Shown piece after piece: positions 16,304 through 26,600 of a stretch of DNA of 59,800 bases. The DNA lies in IMG/VR virus record IMGVR_UViG_3300044731_000564, positions 1 through 59,800 of that record; one strand, written 5' to 3'. The notes beneath the pieces are model-generated. The model made no database searches. It had not been told where the DNA came from and saw only the letters and a list, made by a program, of their open reading frames with translations. Numbering within the stretch: position 1 is the first letter of the stretch; each line of letters begins with the position of its first letter. This DNA is from a virus (lineage: Duplodnaviria; Caudoviricetes). The translations under genes were made by a program, and so were the position numbers.

Positions 16304-17974
16304 TTGGCAAATTTATTTCTACCTTATAATGATACAAAGCCATATAAACTATATGATGGTATTCTATTTCCAAGAAATATAAATAGTGGTAAGTATATAT
16401 GTATAATAGACACTAATAGAGGTGAAAGTCCAACTACAAAACCTTCTAAGTGGTTGCAATTAAACGCAATAGGTAGTGGTACTGTAACAAGTGTTGCAGC
16501 AAGTATAAGTGGCGCATTATCAGTTTCGGGAAGCCCAATTACAACGACAGGAACACTTGCTTTTACATGGACAGGAACTAATGCACAAGTAGTTTTAGGA
16601 GATGGAACTTTAGGTAGTGTTTCGGGGGGCGGAACTGTAACAAGCATTGCAACGGCAGGACTTATAAGCGGTGGAAACCCTACGCCAATTACATCAAGCG
16701 GAACAATAACAACTTCCATGAATACCAACAAACTTGTCGGTAGAGGAACGGCAGGAGTAGGTATTATGGAGGAAATTACACTTGGAACTAATTTATCTTT
16801 AAGTGGTACTACTTTAAATGCAACAGGAGGAAGTGGCACAGTAACATCGGTTAACTCGGGTATCAATATCAATGTTGATAACACCAATCCTGCTGCACCG
16901 ATTATCAACTCATTATCTGATAGATATAAGACATCATCAGTAACTTCTAATTCTGTCAGCAATGGCTCAAAGTCATTTACTGTCGATTTGAATTTAAGCT
17001 ACATTCCATTGCAAGAGATATTAGTTGTTTATAATCCTTCAAATCATATGCATGGCGAAGTGACAAGTTATAATTCTGCAACAGGTGCTTTGGTAGTTGA
17101 CATTAAAACACATACAGGAAGCGGAACTTATACATCATGGGTATTAAATCTTGATGGTACACCTGTCGATGCTTTAACAGGAAGTGGAACTACTAATGAG
17201 ATTGCATACTTCACAGGAGCGAAGACATTGAGTTCATTAGCAGTTGCAACATATCCTTCATTGACCGAGTTGAGCTATGTCAAAGGTGTTTCAAGTGCAA
17301 TACAAACGCAGATAAATGGCAAACTTTCTTCAACACTTGCTAATACAAACATATTTGTAGGAAATGCATCTAATATAGCTACTGCTGTGGCTATGTCAAG
17401 TGATGCTACAATAGCTAATACAGGTGCATTAACAATAGCAAATAACGCTGTTACTTATGCTAAAATGCAATCTGTTTCAACAACTTCAAGATTACTTGGT
17501 TCAAGTTCTACTACTACACCTGTTCAAGAGATAACACTTGGTACTAATCTATCAATGTCAGGCACTACGCTTAACGCAACAGGTGGTAGTAATGCAGGTT
17601 CAATCTCAATAACAATAAGTGGTTTTGGTGGAGTTATTTCAATAGGTCAAGTAGGTGGTTTTATGACTATACCTTTCAATGGAACAATAACAGGTTGGAT
17701 AATTTCATCAGTAGATTCAACAGGCGCAGCTTTAAGTGGTAGTTGTGTAATAGGTACTTATAAAGATACTTATGCAAATTTTCCTCCAACATCGGGTGAT
17801 GAAATATTTACTGACAAACCAACATTAACAGCACAATCTAAAAACCAAAATTTAGCACCTGCATTTATAGGAGCAGGAGCAACAGTAACATCGGGAGATA
17901 TGGTAGGTTTTTATGTAATTTCTTGTTCTACTTGCACTTTAATTAATTTAACTTTATTAATAACAAAATCTTAA
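16304..17974 (+). CDS. tail fibre-like protein
   Basis: G/T/S-rich; repeated GSGTVTSV; duplicated ITLGTNLSxSGTTLNATGG; TELSYVKGVSSAIQTQIN and NAVTYAKM fibre motifs. Confidence 0.8.
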   Translation: MANLFLPYNDTKPYKLYDGILFPRNINSGKYICIIDTNRGESPTTKPSKWLQLNAIGSGTVTSVAASISGALSVSGSPITTTGTLAFTWTGTNAQVVLGDGTLGSVSGGGTVTSIATAGLISGGNPTPITSSGTITTSMNTNKLVGRGTAGVGIMEEITLGTNLSLSGTTLNATGGSGTVTSVNSGININVDNTNPAAPIINSLSDRYKTSSVTSNSVSNGSKSFTVDLNLSYIPLQEILVVYNPSNHMHGEVTSYNSATGALVVDIKTHTGSGTYTSWVLNLDGTPVDALTGSGTTNEIAYFTGAKTLSSLAVATYPSLTELSYVKGVSSAIQTQINGKLSSTLANTNIFVGNASNIATAVAMSSDATIANTGALTIANNAVTYAKMQSVSTTSRLLGSSSTTTPVQEITLGTNLSMSGTTLNATGGSNAGSISITISGFGGVISIGQVGGFMTIPFNGTITGWIISSVDSTGAALSGSCVIGTYKDTYANFPPTSGDEIFTDKPTLTAQSKNQNLAPAFIGAGATVTSGDMVGFYVISCSTCTLINLTLLITKS

Positions 17975-17977
17975 AAT

Positions 17978-18496
17978 ATGCCTACAAAAGCATTTATACT
18001 AACTAAAGAAAAAAGAAACTCTAATACAATTGTAACCTTAGTTAAGTATGATTATACAGGTTCTTTTGTTGGGACTACAACAGTTGAAGTTGTACACCCT
18101 GCACCTATATCAACAATAGAACAAATTACATCTAACATTACTAACAGAGGAGCAAGTGAACTTGTTAAATTACAATCAGGTGTTAAGATTAATAATATCA
18201 TTACAACACTAATACCAAAATTTAATGTAGTTAATGTTGTTAGTGCAGACTTGCAATACACTATCTTAAATGCAACAAAGATTAGTGAGGAATTATTACA
18301 AGTTTCAGTATTGTTTGAAATTAATAGCCCAACAGTTATTTCAGAAAATAAAAATATAATTCTATCAAGACCACAAGTGGAGAATGATGTAACAGTTACA
18401 TTAGTAAACACATTAACAGCATTACAAACAGAAGTAGTTAATGAGATAGATATAGATAACTTATTACCTTTGATACCAACAGAATTTGATATTTAA
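17978..18496 (+). CDS. hypothetical protein (fibre-associated, internal duplication)
   Basis: Between two fibre-like genes; two similar halves. Confidence 0.65.
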   Translation: MPTKAFILTKEKRNSNTIVTLVKYDYTGSFVGTTTVEVVHPAPISTIEQITSNITNRGASELVKLQSGVKINNIITTLIPKFNVVNVVSADLQYTILNATKISEELLQVSVLFEINSPTVISENKNIILSRPQVENDVTVTLVNTLTALQTEVVNEIDIDNLLPLIPTEFDI

Positions 18497-18498
18497 CT

Positions 18499-20142
18499 AT
18501 GGCACATTATTGGGTAGGTGGAACAGCAAATTGGGATGGAGTATCGGTTGGTAAATGGGCTCCAACAAGTGGGGCAGCACCTTCGCTTGGGAATCCTACA
18601 ACAGCCGATGATGTTTACTTTGATAATAATAGTGGTGTAGTCACAGTAACTGTTGTTGGTTCAGGAGTTCCTATATCGGTTAATTGTAAAAGTTTAAATT
18701 TTATTAGTGGTTCGGGTTCTTTTGCAGGTACATTTAACACAGCAGCAGCAGTTACTATGAACGTGAATATAGCAGGTGTTGCAGGAGCAAATGTAACATT
18801 AAGTGCAAGTGCTACATATACAGGTTCAGGAGCAACACTTACAATATTTGGTAGCACAAGTACATTAACAGCTAATGGTATGACATGGGCAGCAAATGTT
18901 AATTTTAGAAGGTTGGTTTACACAATTACAGGAAATTGGACTACGGCAGGGTTAACTACATTCTCACTTAGTTCAGGAAGTACAACCACATTAACAGGAG
19001 ATGAATATATTTCTAATGGAGGAATAACATGGTCAAATACTAATACTAATGGAACAACTAATATAAGGTCAACAGGAGGTACAAATCAATCTACAAATAA
19101 TACAGGAGTATCTAATAGTTTCTTCTTTGATGGTAATTCTACTTTAGGTACTATGGTTTTTTTTCCAAGAAGCAGTGGCAATACAATACAATGGGTTAGT
19201 GGAACAATAACAGTAACAGGCGGCACTACTCAAACATTTTCTACAAGTGTTTCGGGGTTAATGACAATAAGTACAGGGTCTAATGTGGTATTTAATACAG
19301 TTATTATGAACGCTATACTCGGAAGGATGATTTTTGGTGCTGACTTCTATAATTCAGGTAGTTTAACATTAGGACAAAACGCTCAAACTTGTTCTTTAGG
19401 TACAAATGCTTATACTATTTATTCGGGAGGCGCATTAATAATTACAGCAGGTTGTAATGGTGTTGCAGGTACAACAGGGGTAAGCATGAACAGTACATCA
19501 AGTGTAGCATTAACACATAACAACGTAGGAACTTCCTTCCCTTTAATATTTAATTCGGGTGCAAACAATATAACTATTACTAATGGAGCAGTATTTACAA
19601 GAACAGGTGGTTCAATAACATATACAAGTGGGAATATAGTAACAACAAATACTACACTTGCCTTATCAACAGCAGCATCACCCTTTACTTTAAATACAAG
19701 TGGTATGTCTTGGAATAATGTATCATTTGCAGGTACTTTAACTTATACAATAAGTTCAGCATTAAGTGTTTTAGCTACCTTAACAATTTCGGGTAGTGTT
19801 ACTTTTGATGGAACGGCAGGTTGGACTTGCGCTAATTTATATTGTGTTACGGCAGGTCTTACAATTACACTTAAAGAAGCAATTACTTATAGAACTACTG
19901 CTTCTGCAATATTAACAGGCACAGCAGCATCACCAATTATATACAAATCTTCATCAACTTCTGTAAGAGCAATTTGGTACTTAGACAATGGAGCAACACA
20001 AGATGTAAGTTTTGTAAACGGACAATGGCAAGATGCTTCATTAGGTCAAACTATTTGGTCATTTAAAGGGGTATTAACAAGTACAATCAATTGGAGTTTA
20101 GGCACTAAGCCTCAAACAATGGGATATATAACAATCAATTAA
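18499..20142 (+). CDS. beta-helix/adhesin-like receptor-binding protein
   Basis: YWVGGTANWD...W...SG...PTTADDVYFD N-terminal motif; T/S/G/N-rich beta-solenoid composition. Confidence 0.7.
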   Translation: MAHYWVGGTANWDGVSVGKWAPTSGAAPSLGNPTTADDVYFDNNSGVVTVTVVGSGVPISVNCKSLNFISGSGSFAGTFNTAAAVTMNVNIAGVAGANVTLSASATYTGSGATLTIFGSTSTLTANGMTWAANVNFRRLVYTITGNWTTAGLTTFSLSSGSTTTLTGDEYISNGGITWSNTNTNGTTNIRSTGGTNQSTNNTGVSNSFFFDGNSTLGTMVFFPRSSGNTIQWVSGTITVTGGTTQTFSTSVSGLMTISTGSNVVFNTVIMNAILGRMIFGADFYNSGSLTLGQNAQTCSLGTNAYTIYSGGALIITAGCNGVAGTTGVSMNSTSSVALTHNNVGTSFPLIFNSGANNITITNGAVFTRTGGSITYTSGNIVTTNTTLALSTAASPFTLNTSGMSWNNVSFAGTLTYTISSALSVLATLTISGSVTFDGTAGWTCANLYCVTAGLTITLKEAITYRTTASAILTGTAASPIIYKSSSTSVRAIWYLDNGATQDVSFVNGQWQDASLGQTIWSFKGVLTSTINWSLGTKPQTMGYITIN

Positions 20143-20148
20143 ATTTAC

Positions 20149-20156
20149 TAAATTTG
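20149..20156 (+). promoter_or_regulatory. -7 promoter element (TAAATTTG)
   Basis: TAnnTTTG-CATT-ATG, same layout as 203-215. Confidence 0.55.
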
Positions 20157-20160
20157 CATT

Positions 20161-20445
20161 ATGATTTTAAACTTAAATTTCAAGCCGAAAGACTTAAACG
20201 GTAATATTTTAGAGGCGTGGGATGTATGTGGTGAATTTATCGCATCTGCGCTTATATCTATGCCCGATAAAAACCCAACTAAAATAGTTGAGTTGGCTAA
20301 GAAATGTAAGTCAAAGGAAGAATTTGAAGTATCATTAGAGGACATTACCTTTTTAAGAGAGTTCAATAAAAATCAAACAAGTTACTATGTTTTAGTTCAA
20401 GCAGAAATAGATAACGCTATTTTAATGGCAATAAACAAAGAGTAA
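20161..20445 (+). CDS. hypothetical protein
   Basis: ORF after promoter box. Confidence 0.7.
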   Translation: MILNLNFKPKDLNGNILEAWDVCGEFIASALISMPDKNPTKIVELAKKCKSKEEFEVSLEDITFLREFNKNQTSYYVLVQAEIDNAILMAINKE

Positions 20446-20736
20446 ATGGAAGAACACAACTTACCTTACAGAGTAATTGCATTTGCATTTGCGAGTGTAG
20501 TTTATATGTTTAAGTCAATGGGTATAGATGTTGATACTTTAGACGCATCTCAAATGCAACAATGGATTGAAAATAGAAATGAATTGATAAAACAAGTTGA
20601 TACGGGTTGGGGTATTACTATTCATATAGTAGAGGCAGTTTGTGTTGGTTTTACAGCATCTATATTAGCACCATTTGGTAAGCATATAGGCGAAAAGTTT
20701 TTAAAGTTTTTTAAGAAAAAAGGTATTGTAAAATGA
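20446..20736 (+). CDS. holin/antiholin-like membrane protein
   Basis: Two hydrophobic segments, basic C-terminus, upstream of endolysin. Confidence 0.55.
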   Translation: MEEHNLPYRVIAFAFASVVYMFKSMGIDVDTLDASQMQQWIENRNELIKQVDTGWGITIHIVEAVCVGFTASILAPFGKHIGEKFLKFFKKKGIVK

Positions 20737-21098
20737 TTGAATTTATAAAAAGTATAAACAGAAGAATAAAGATATATCCCGAAATATGGGGATTGCCTTT
20801 TGCTATTGCTTTGTTTTTTTTATCATCACCTATAATTAGGTACTTCGATAAAACGGCAGGGGTATTTGATATAGGAGTTTTGCAAGTTATATTCTTGCTT
20901 ATAATTATAACATTGTGTATTAATAGTCTATCATTCTTTGGTATAGAGTTCAATTTCAGTTCAGTATTCAATACTTATGTAAACTTTGAAGAAGATATAT
21001 GGAAAAACTTAACCGCATGGCAAAAGGCTATATTCTTTCTTGTATTATATTGTTGCTTATTCCTATCTATGGCTATTCTTTGCCTTGCGATAGTATAG
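20733..21098 (+). CDS. holin-like three-TM membrane protein
   Basis: Three hydrophobic helices; overlaps the endolysin start. Confidence 0.6.
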   Translation: MIEFIKSINRRIKIYPEIWGLPFAIALFFLSSPIIRYFDKTAGVFDIGVLQVIFLLIIITLCINSLSFFGIEFNFSSVFNTYVNFEEDIWKNLTAWQKAIFFLVLYCCLFLSMAILCLAIV

Positions 21099-21601
21099 TT
21101 TCTAATGAGGTAATAGTTGATAGAAATTGTATAATAGAAACAGCCGAAAAGGAAATAGGAGTAAAGGAACTAAGCAATAGGAATGATGGTAAAAGAGTTG
21201 AAGAATATTTAGCTACTACTAATTTAGGTGGTGGGTACGCTTGGTGTGCTGCATTTATAAAGTGGGTTTATATGAAGTGCGGATATTCAGTACCCTATGC
21301 AACGGCTTATAGCCCTACTTGGTTTAATAAGTCAAATACAATTTATACTAAAGGAATAAACAAAGAAGAAGATGTATCTATTAAGTCAGGGTATGTATTC
21401 GGTATTTGGTTTGCAGATAAGAACAGAATAGCACACGTAGGAATTATATACGAATGGAAAGCCGATAGTAATTACGTTGTTACAATAGAGGGTAACACTA
21501 ACGATAAATATTCAGTAGAAGAACAAGTAAACAGAGATGGAGAAGGAGTATATAAAAAGAAAAGACTTAAATCACAAATTTATAAAATAGCAAAGCCATG
21601 A
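21017..21601 (+). CDS. CHAP-family endolysin with N-terminal signal/SAR segment
   Basis: AWCAAF (catalytic Cys), HVGII (His), TIEGNT; hydrophobic N-terminus MAKGYILSCIILLLIPIYG. Confidence 0.88.
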   Translation: MAKGYILSCIILLLIPIYGYSLPCDSIVSNEVIVDRNCIIETAEKEIGVKELSNRNDGKRVEEYLATTNLGGGYAWCAAFIKWVYMKCGYSVPYATAYSPTWFNKSNTIYTKGINKEEDVSIKSGYVFGIWFADKNRIAHVGIIYEWKADSNYVVTIEGNTNDKYSVEEQVNRDGEGVYKKKRLKSQIYKIAKP

Positions 21602-22119
21602 AATACATAGTATCAATACTAATAGCGATATTGCTTCTATCATCTTGTGCAAGTGAGAAGCAATTAAAGAAAGCAATAAATAAGTACGGACAAAAGGAAA
21701 GTGCAAGGTACTTTCTCAAACACTACAAGGAATACTTTCAGAATAAAGACACATCGTACTACATAGTTAAGTACGATACTATCTACTATTACAACAAGCC
21801 CGATACAATTACTGCAACATTTAATTGCCTTGAAGATAGTTTCCAATATGAGAATGAGAAGATGAAGCTATCAATACGAAAACTTCAAGACAAACTATAC
21901 TATGTATTCGCTACTTGTAAGGGAGATACAATATACATACCCGTTACAGATACAGTCTATGTTTATAAGACAGAATACTATGCACCAACTGTTATAGATG
22001 ATAAAAAGAAGTCATCTTTATTTTCAGTTATAAGAGAGAACCTATGGTATATACTAAGTCTTTTATTTATAATCATACTTACACTTGCATATTTTCTTGG
22101 TAAAAAGAATAAAATATAA
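21598..22119 (+). CDS. putative unimolecular spanin
   Basis: Lipoprotein signal LLLSSC, beta-rich body (DT repeats), C-terminal TM helix and basic tail; directly after endolysin. Confidence 0.7.
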   Translation: MKYIVSILIAILLLSSCASEKQLKKAINKYGQKESARYFLKHYKEYFQNKDTSYYIVKYDTIYYYNKPDTITATFNCLEDSFQYENEKMKLSIRKLQDKLYYVFATCKGDTIYIPVTDTVYVYKTEYYAPTVIDDKKKSSLFSVIRENLWYILSLLFIIILTLAYFLGKKNKI

Positions 22120-22184
22120 TATTAAAAAAAATTAACAATTAATAATATAAAGTATTATTTTTGTCGAAATAGGTAATTACTTCG

Positions 22185-22610
22185 ATGAGTTTAAATAATG
22201 AGCAGTTAAAAGAGTTAAATTTTATAGAGGAAAATATAGAATTACTTGCTTTAGAGCCACAGACAGTATCAGCTATATCGTATAAGGAGAAGGAGTTATT
22301 GCTATTAAAAGAGGATTGTAAACTAATATATAAGATATACATTCCCGAAAACCACCCTATAATAAAAGATAGTTTACTAAGAGTAGGTAGAAAGATTTTA
22401 TTTACTTACAACAAGCCTATTAACGGCAAAAGAAGTCCCGATAGAATTTACGGAAATGTATTATCATACGAAAGAATACCTAAAGAGAAGGTAAAGATGT
22501 ACATACACTCACTACACGAAAATGATAAGGACTATATTAGGATAGATGTTATTTTCGAGAGAAAAGAATTAATACTAAATATAACAGGCAGACCATTAGA
22601 AGATTACTAA
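22185..22610 (+). CDS. hypothetical protein
   Basis: ORF. Confidence 0.65.
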   Translation: MSLNNEQLKELNFIEENIELLALEPQTVSAISYKEKELLLLKEDCKLIYKIYIPENHPIIKDSLLRVGRKILFTYNKPINGKRSPDRIYGNVLSYERIPKEKVKMYIHSLHENDKDYIRIDVIFERKELILNITGRPLEDY

Positions 22611-22627
22611 AGTACAGTTCAAATATT

Positions 22628-23323
22628 ATGAAGGATTACAAAGTTTTTATATCATGTCCAATTAACATATCTAAAAGATATTGTATTGATGACTTCTTTG
22701 ATAATATAATAAACTATAACTATAATAACCTACAATACTACTTCGTAGATAATAGCTATGATAAATGGTTTCGTAAAAATTTAATAGATAGATACGGATT
22801 TGAAATAGACCATGTAAGTCCAAAAGGCAAAAAGCCACATGAGTACATGGCAGATAGTATGAATATGTGCCTTGTTAAGTTCCTTAATAGTGATTGCGAT
22901 TTTTGGTTTATAAACGAGTGCGACGTATTCTGCGACAAGGAAGTAATCAATAGGTTGCTATCAAAGGAAAGACTAATTGTAGCATCGCCATACTTCATAC
23001 AACTAAGTCATAACTCATGCTTGGTAGGTACTGAATGTGAAAAGTTATATGGCAACTATACTAACAGACCTTTATCTTGGAAAGAAGACTTTATAAAGTT
23101 TAATGGATTAGAAAATAAAGTTACTTCGGCAGGGTTTGGTGCGGTACTCATTCATCGTTCAATACTTGAAGGCTATACATTTCACGCAAAAGAAAATTGC
23201 TTCGCAGATACAATGTTCTATATGGACATGACACATGAAAACATAGACGTATATAGAGATGAAAGTGTAATAGCAGAACATAGAAACATATCTTGGGATT
23301 TTAATACAGAGTATAAAAAATAA
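22628..23323 (+). CDS. GT-A fold (GT2-like) glycosyltransferase
   Basis: VFISCP, FVDNS, INECDV, AGFGAVLIHRSIL, ADTMF, EH motifs. Confidence 0.8.
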   Translation: MKDYKVFISCPINISKRYCIDDFFDNIINYNYNNLQYYFVDNSYDKWFRKNLIDRYGFEIDHVSPKGKKPHEYMADSMNMCLVKFLNSDCDFWFINECDVFCDKEVINRLLSKERLIVASPYFIQLSHNSCLVGTECEKLYGNYTNRPLSWKEDFIKFNGLENKVTSAGFGAVLIHRSILEGYTFHAKENCFADTMFYMDMTHENIDVYRDESVIAEHRNISWDFNTEYKK

Positions 23324-23328
23324 AAAAC

Positions 23329-23766
23329 ATGACAACTACAATTAAAGTAAACTATGCCGATGCTGAAATATTAAATTTAGCAATGGAAAGTATTTTCAAA
23401 AAGATGGAAGCAGGAACAAACCTTACACTACTAAGATATACAGCACTATACTTAGGGGATAAAATAAAACCATTGTATATTGAATATATATCTAAGAGCA
23501 ATGAACTACTATTTAAACACGTAGAAATGGATGGCGATAAGCCAAAAGAAAAAGTTATTTTAGATGCAAATGGAGAAAAGAGAGAAGATAAATTTATATG
23601 GAAAAATAGCAAGTCAAAAGAAAAGTTTAATAGTGAACTTGAAGCATTAAGAAGTCAAGAAAGCGAAATATCTATCTTGAAGTATGATGCTGCACTACTA
23701 TTAGAACAACCATTAAAGATGTCTGATACCGCATATATAACAATATTAAAATACATTGTACTATGA
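23329..23766 (+). CDS. hypothetical protein
   Basis: ORF. Confidence 0.7.
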   Translation: MTTTIKVNYADAEILNLAMESIFKKMEAGTNLTLLRYTALYLGDKIKPLYIEYISKSNELLFKHVEMDGDKPKEKVILDANGEKREDKFIWKNSKSKEKFNSELEALRSQESEISILKYDAALLLEQPLKMSDTAYITILKYIVL

Positions 23767-24320
23767 TAGATAAGTTTGCAAATGCCTTTGTTGCGGTAGC
23801 ACAATTTCTAAGCCCTAAAATAAAGGTATATGGCAATAGACCCGATGATATTCAATTAGAGTTTGAGAATAAGTTAGACTTTTATTCTGCATACGTCGAT
23901 AAATTAAAACTACAATGCACTATAAAAAGAGATATTATCTTAAAGCTACGAACAAGGGCTAACTCACCTGTTATACAAAGTTTAGAAAGACTTAGAATAG
24001 AAGAAGAAGTTATTGAAAGAGAAATAGAGTTGATGAACATAGAGATTGAAATAGCGGCTAAGAACTACTACCAAAGTGTATTTGCAGAAAGAGTTTCATA
24101 CTACGAAAAGACACAAAAGGAAATATCGGAGAAAGCGGAACTTGAAATGAATGATTTGATAGTTGAATGTAAGACAGTACTAAGTATAGATTCTGTTTCA
24201 GATAAGACAAAGGATATTATAAGTGGATTACTACTATCGGTTGATAATGGTTTTGCTAATGATACCGAAAGGAATAATGTTTATTTAAGAATAAAAGACG
24301 TACTATCTAAGATAGGATAA
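23763..24320 (+). CDS. hypothetical coiled-coil protein
   Basis: ORF, helical. Confidence 0.7.
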   Translation: MIDKFANAFVAVAQFLSPKIKVYGNRPDDIQLEFENKLDFYSAYVDKLKLQCTIKRDIILKLRTRANSPVIQSLERLRIEEEVIEREIELMNIEIEIAAKNYYQSVFAERVSYYEKTQKEISEKAELEMNDLIVECKTVLSIDSVSDKTKDIISGLLLSVDNGFANDTERNNVYLRIKDVLSKIG

Positions 24321-25168
24321 TGAAAAAAAAAGTTTACAATAGAAAGTCTAAGAAGTCATTTAACTCAACACAGTTAGATGCCTACATAAAGAAGCAACAT
24401 AGCAAGTTGACTTCATACGAAAGAATTAGAATGAATGATTCTTTGGGGATATTCTATAAAGATTCTGACTTAGCGAAAAGAACATTAGACCAAAAGTTAC
24501 AGATACTATCTTACATGAATAAGAAGTATGTGCTTTTAATAATGGACAACGAAGAACAAGACTTAAAGGATGTAAAGAAAGTATTTAGGCACTACATAAG
24601 TGAGGAAGCAAACTACGAATCAGACGAAGCAAGGAAAAGACTTAATGCCTTTATAATTGATGATAAGGATATATCTAAAAAGTATTTTGCAGGGACACAA
24701 AGGTTCTCAACTGAACTATATCTGTACGCATATAAAAAGGGAACACCTAATATAAACACCCCTAAGATGTCTATGGAGTATACAGATAGAGTTGAATCAA
24801 ACTATGATGTTTATGAGATGCTTACTAACTTACTTTTAAAGGGATATTACTTAGACCATATACTGCAACCTTATAACTTAGACTACGGACACTTTAAGAT
24901 ATTAGCAAGACTATTTAATGCTGATAAACCACTACAAAAGAAAGACCTAACAAAAAGAAATTACATAAACATATCAGATGAAAGGAAAGATTCTGTAATA
25001 AGAAGAACCGATTACTTAATAAAGTTAGGTATGATAGAGGCGCACTCTATTTCAGAGAAAGACGAAAGTGGCAAGTACAACTACCTAACAGTTCATACGA
25101 TGTCATCAAAGGGAATAATAACCTATACAGAGATAGTTAACACACTTATAAGATACAATGGAGATTGA
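24320..25168 (+). CDS. putative transcriptional regulator with C-terminal MarR-like winged helix
   Basis: YNLDYGHFKILARL...KKDL...YLIKLGMIE...MSSKG pattern. Confidence 0.55.
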   Translation: MKKKVYNRKSKKSFNSTQLDAYIKKQHSKLTSYERIRMNDSLGIFYKDSDLAKRTLDQKLQILSYMNKKYVLLIMDNEEQDLKDVKKVFRHYISEEANYESDEARKRLNAFIIDDKDISKKYFAGTQRFSTELYLYAYKKGTPNINTPKMSMEYTDRVESNYDVYEMLTNLLLKGYYLDHILQPYNLDYGHFKILARLFNADKPLQKKDLTKRNYINISDERKDSVIRRTDYLIKLGMIEAHSISEKDESGKYNYLTVHTMSSKGIITYTEIVNTLIRYNGD

Positions 25169-25215
25169 GAAAAAATATGTGCTTGTTTACAGCACAGATA
25201 AAAAAATAGAAAAAG

Positions 25216-25839
25216 ATGAAAACTCTATACGAAATAATAAAAAGCAGTACAAAAGAAAACATAGAAGAAACATTCAAGAGTTTACTGATGAACGAAGGTT
25301 ACGAAATTCTAAAAAGAATCTCGAACAATGATTCTGATATTACTCTTATTGCTAAATATGTTTCGACTTGCTATGACCCGAATAGCCCACCGATAAAGAT
25401 ACACCCCACAAGGGCATCATTAGTAAAACACGCAATCGAAGAATTAGGGATAGACGAAAGGTTGATAGATGGTAATGATGATAACTTTAGAAAGTATGTA
25501 GATTGGTACTACTCTCAAATACAAGACTATAACTTCGTTCTTATAAATACATTGAAAGAATTAATTGAGCAACAAGTAGGAGTAGCAAGAATGACTGTTT
25601 CAAGGGGTAGTGGAGAAAATCAATTAGATGAAGATAAGTTCTTCAAGGCTATCAACACTCAAAATACTTGTATGCAAAATGCAATCAACAATGTATCAGA
25701 ACTTGAATCGTTAAAGGCTAAGAGAGATAGAGATTTTGAACGTACTGATGAAGCAATAGCAAACGAAATAACAAGAAATTCAGACATGGCAGAGCAAGGT
25801 GCTATATACGCAAAGGAACTTAAAAATAAAGGCAAATGA
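25216..25839 (+). CDS. hypothetical protein (candidate small terminase by position)
   Basis: Helical 207-aa ORF two genes upstream of TerL; function inferred from position only. Confidence 0.45.
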   Translation: MKTLYEIIKSSTKENIEETFKSLLMNEGYEILKRISNNDSDITLIAKYVSTCYDPNSPPIKIHPTRASLVKHAIEELGIDERLIDGNDDNFRKYVDWYYSQIQDYNFVLINTLKELIEQQVGVARMTVSRGSGENQLDEDKFFKAINTQNTCMQNAINNVSELESLKAKRDRDFERTDEAIANEITRNSDMAEQGAIYAKELKNKGK

Positions 25840-26600
25840 TTATAGATTACGATAAAATAAAACCTATAAACTCATACGAGGTTATTAACGGAGAAAGAAG
25901 ACGTGCCGAAAGGGTACTTATAAAATTCAACTATGATGATATTCAAAGAATGAATATGTTAGGGGAAGGCGGTATGTTTTATATGTCAGATATGGCAACA
26001 AGGCAATATGAAAATAGTCTTGAATTTGGCTACGCATTAGCTACATCAAATAAAGACTACTTCATTAAGAAAGGAGATTACATTAATTGCGCCTATGATT
26101 TATTAGCAATAAAAAGAGCAGATAACGGAAATGAAGAAGCAAGGAGAGAAAACCACCCTGCACACATAGGTTCAGACTTAGAAGGGAACGAATACGTGAT
26201 ACCTACTTGTCAATGGTGGAACTTAACCGCTAAGATAAATAAAGATGGAGTTGAGCCGATACAAGGGTGGATATTTTTAGATATTGTAGAGTTAGAAGCA
26301 GAAGATACAACACTTGAAAGTGGACTTATTTTGCCAAAGGGTTTTGCAAATAGTGTTACCGATAGTAAATTTATTAGAAGTAAAATATTAGCAATTAACG
26401 AATTAGATAAAAAAGAATTAATTTTGTCAGTTGGAGATATTGTTTATGTCGATAGAAAGTCTTATAGAAAGGTTAAAGTAAATAATAGAGAGTATTTAAT
26501 AGTACCCACTTTAAGAATATCATTAGTAGAAAAATCAGTTCAAAAAAATAGTAAACAGAAAATGAAAAAGGTAGTTGATACTAAATCTTCAAGGCTATGA
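25836..26600 (+). CDS. GroES-like co-chaperonin domain protein
   Basis: EPIQGWIFL...TLESGLILP...VGDIVYV...NNREYLIV; second degenerate copy N-terminal (ERVLI...IKKGDYI). Confidence 0.7.
   Translation: MIIDYDKIKPINSYEVINGERRRAERVLIKFNYDDIQRMNMLGEGGMFYMSDMATRQYENSLEFGYALATSNKDYFIKKGDYINCAYDLLAIKRADNGNEEARRENHPAHIGSDLEGNEYVIPTCQWWNLTAKINKDGVEPIQGWIFLDIVELEAEDTTLESGLILPKGFANSVTDSKFIRSKILAINELDKKELILSVGDIVYVDRKSYRKVKVNNREYLIVPTLRISLVEKSVQKNSKQKMKKVVDTKSSRL

Noticed and set aside
16324-16962. 212-aa minus-strand ORF, and similar antisense ORFs at 18052, 45206, 47197, 48337, 48859, 53323 and 54583
   Set aside because: Antisense shadows of well-supported + strand genes; composition mirrors the sense codon bias and shows no motifs
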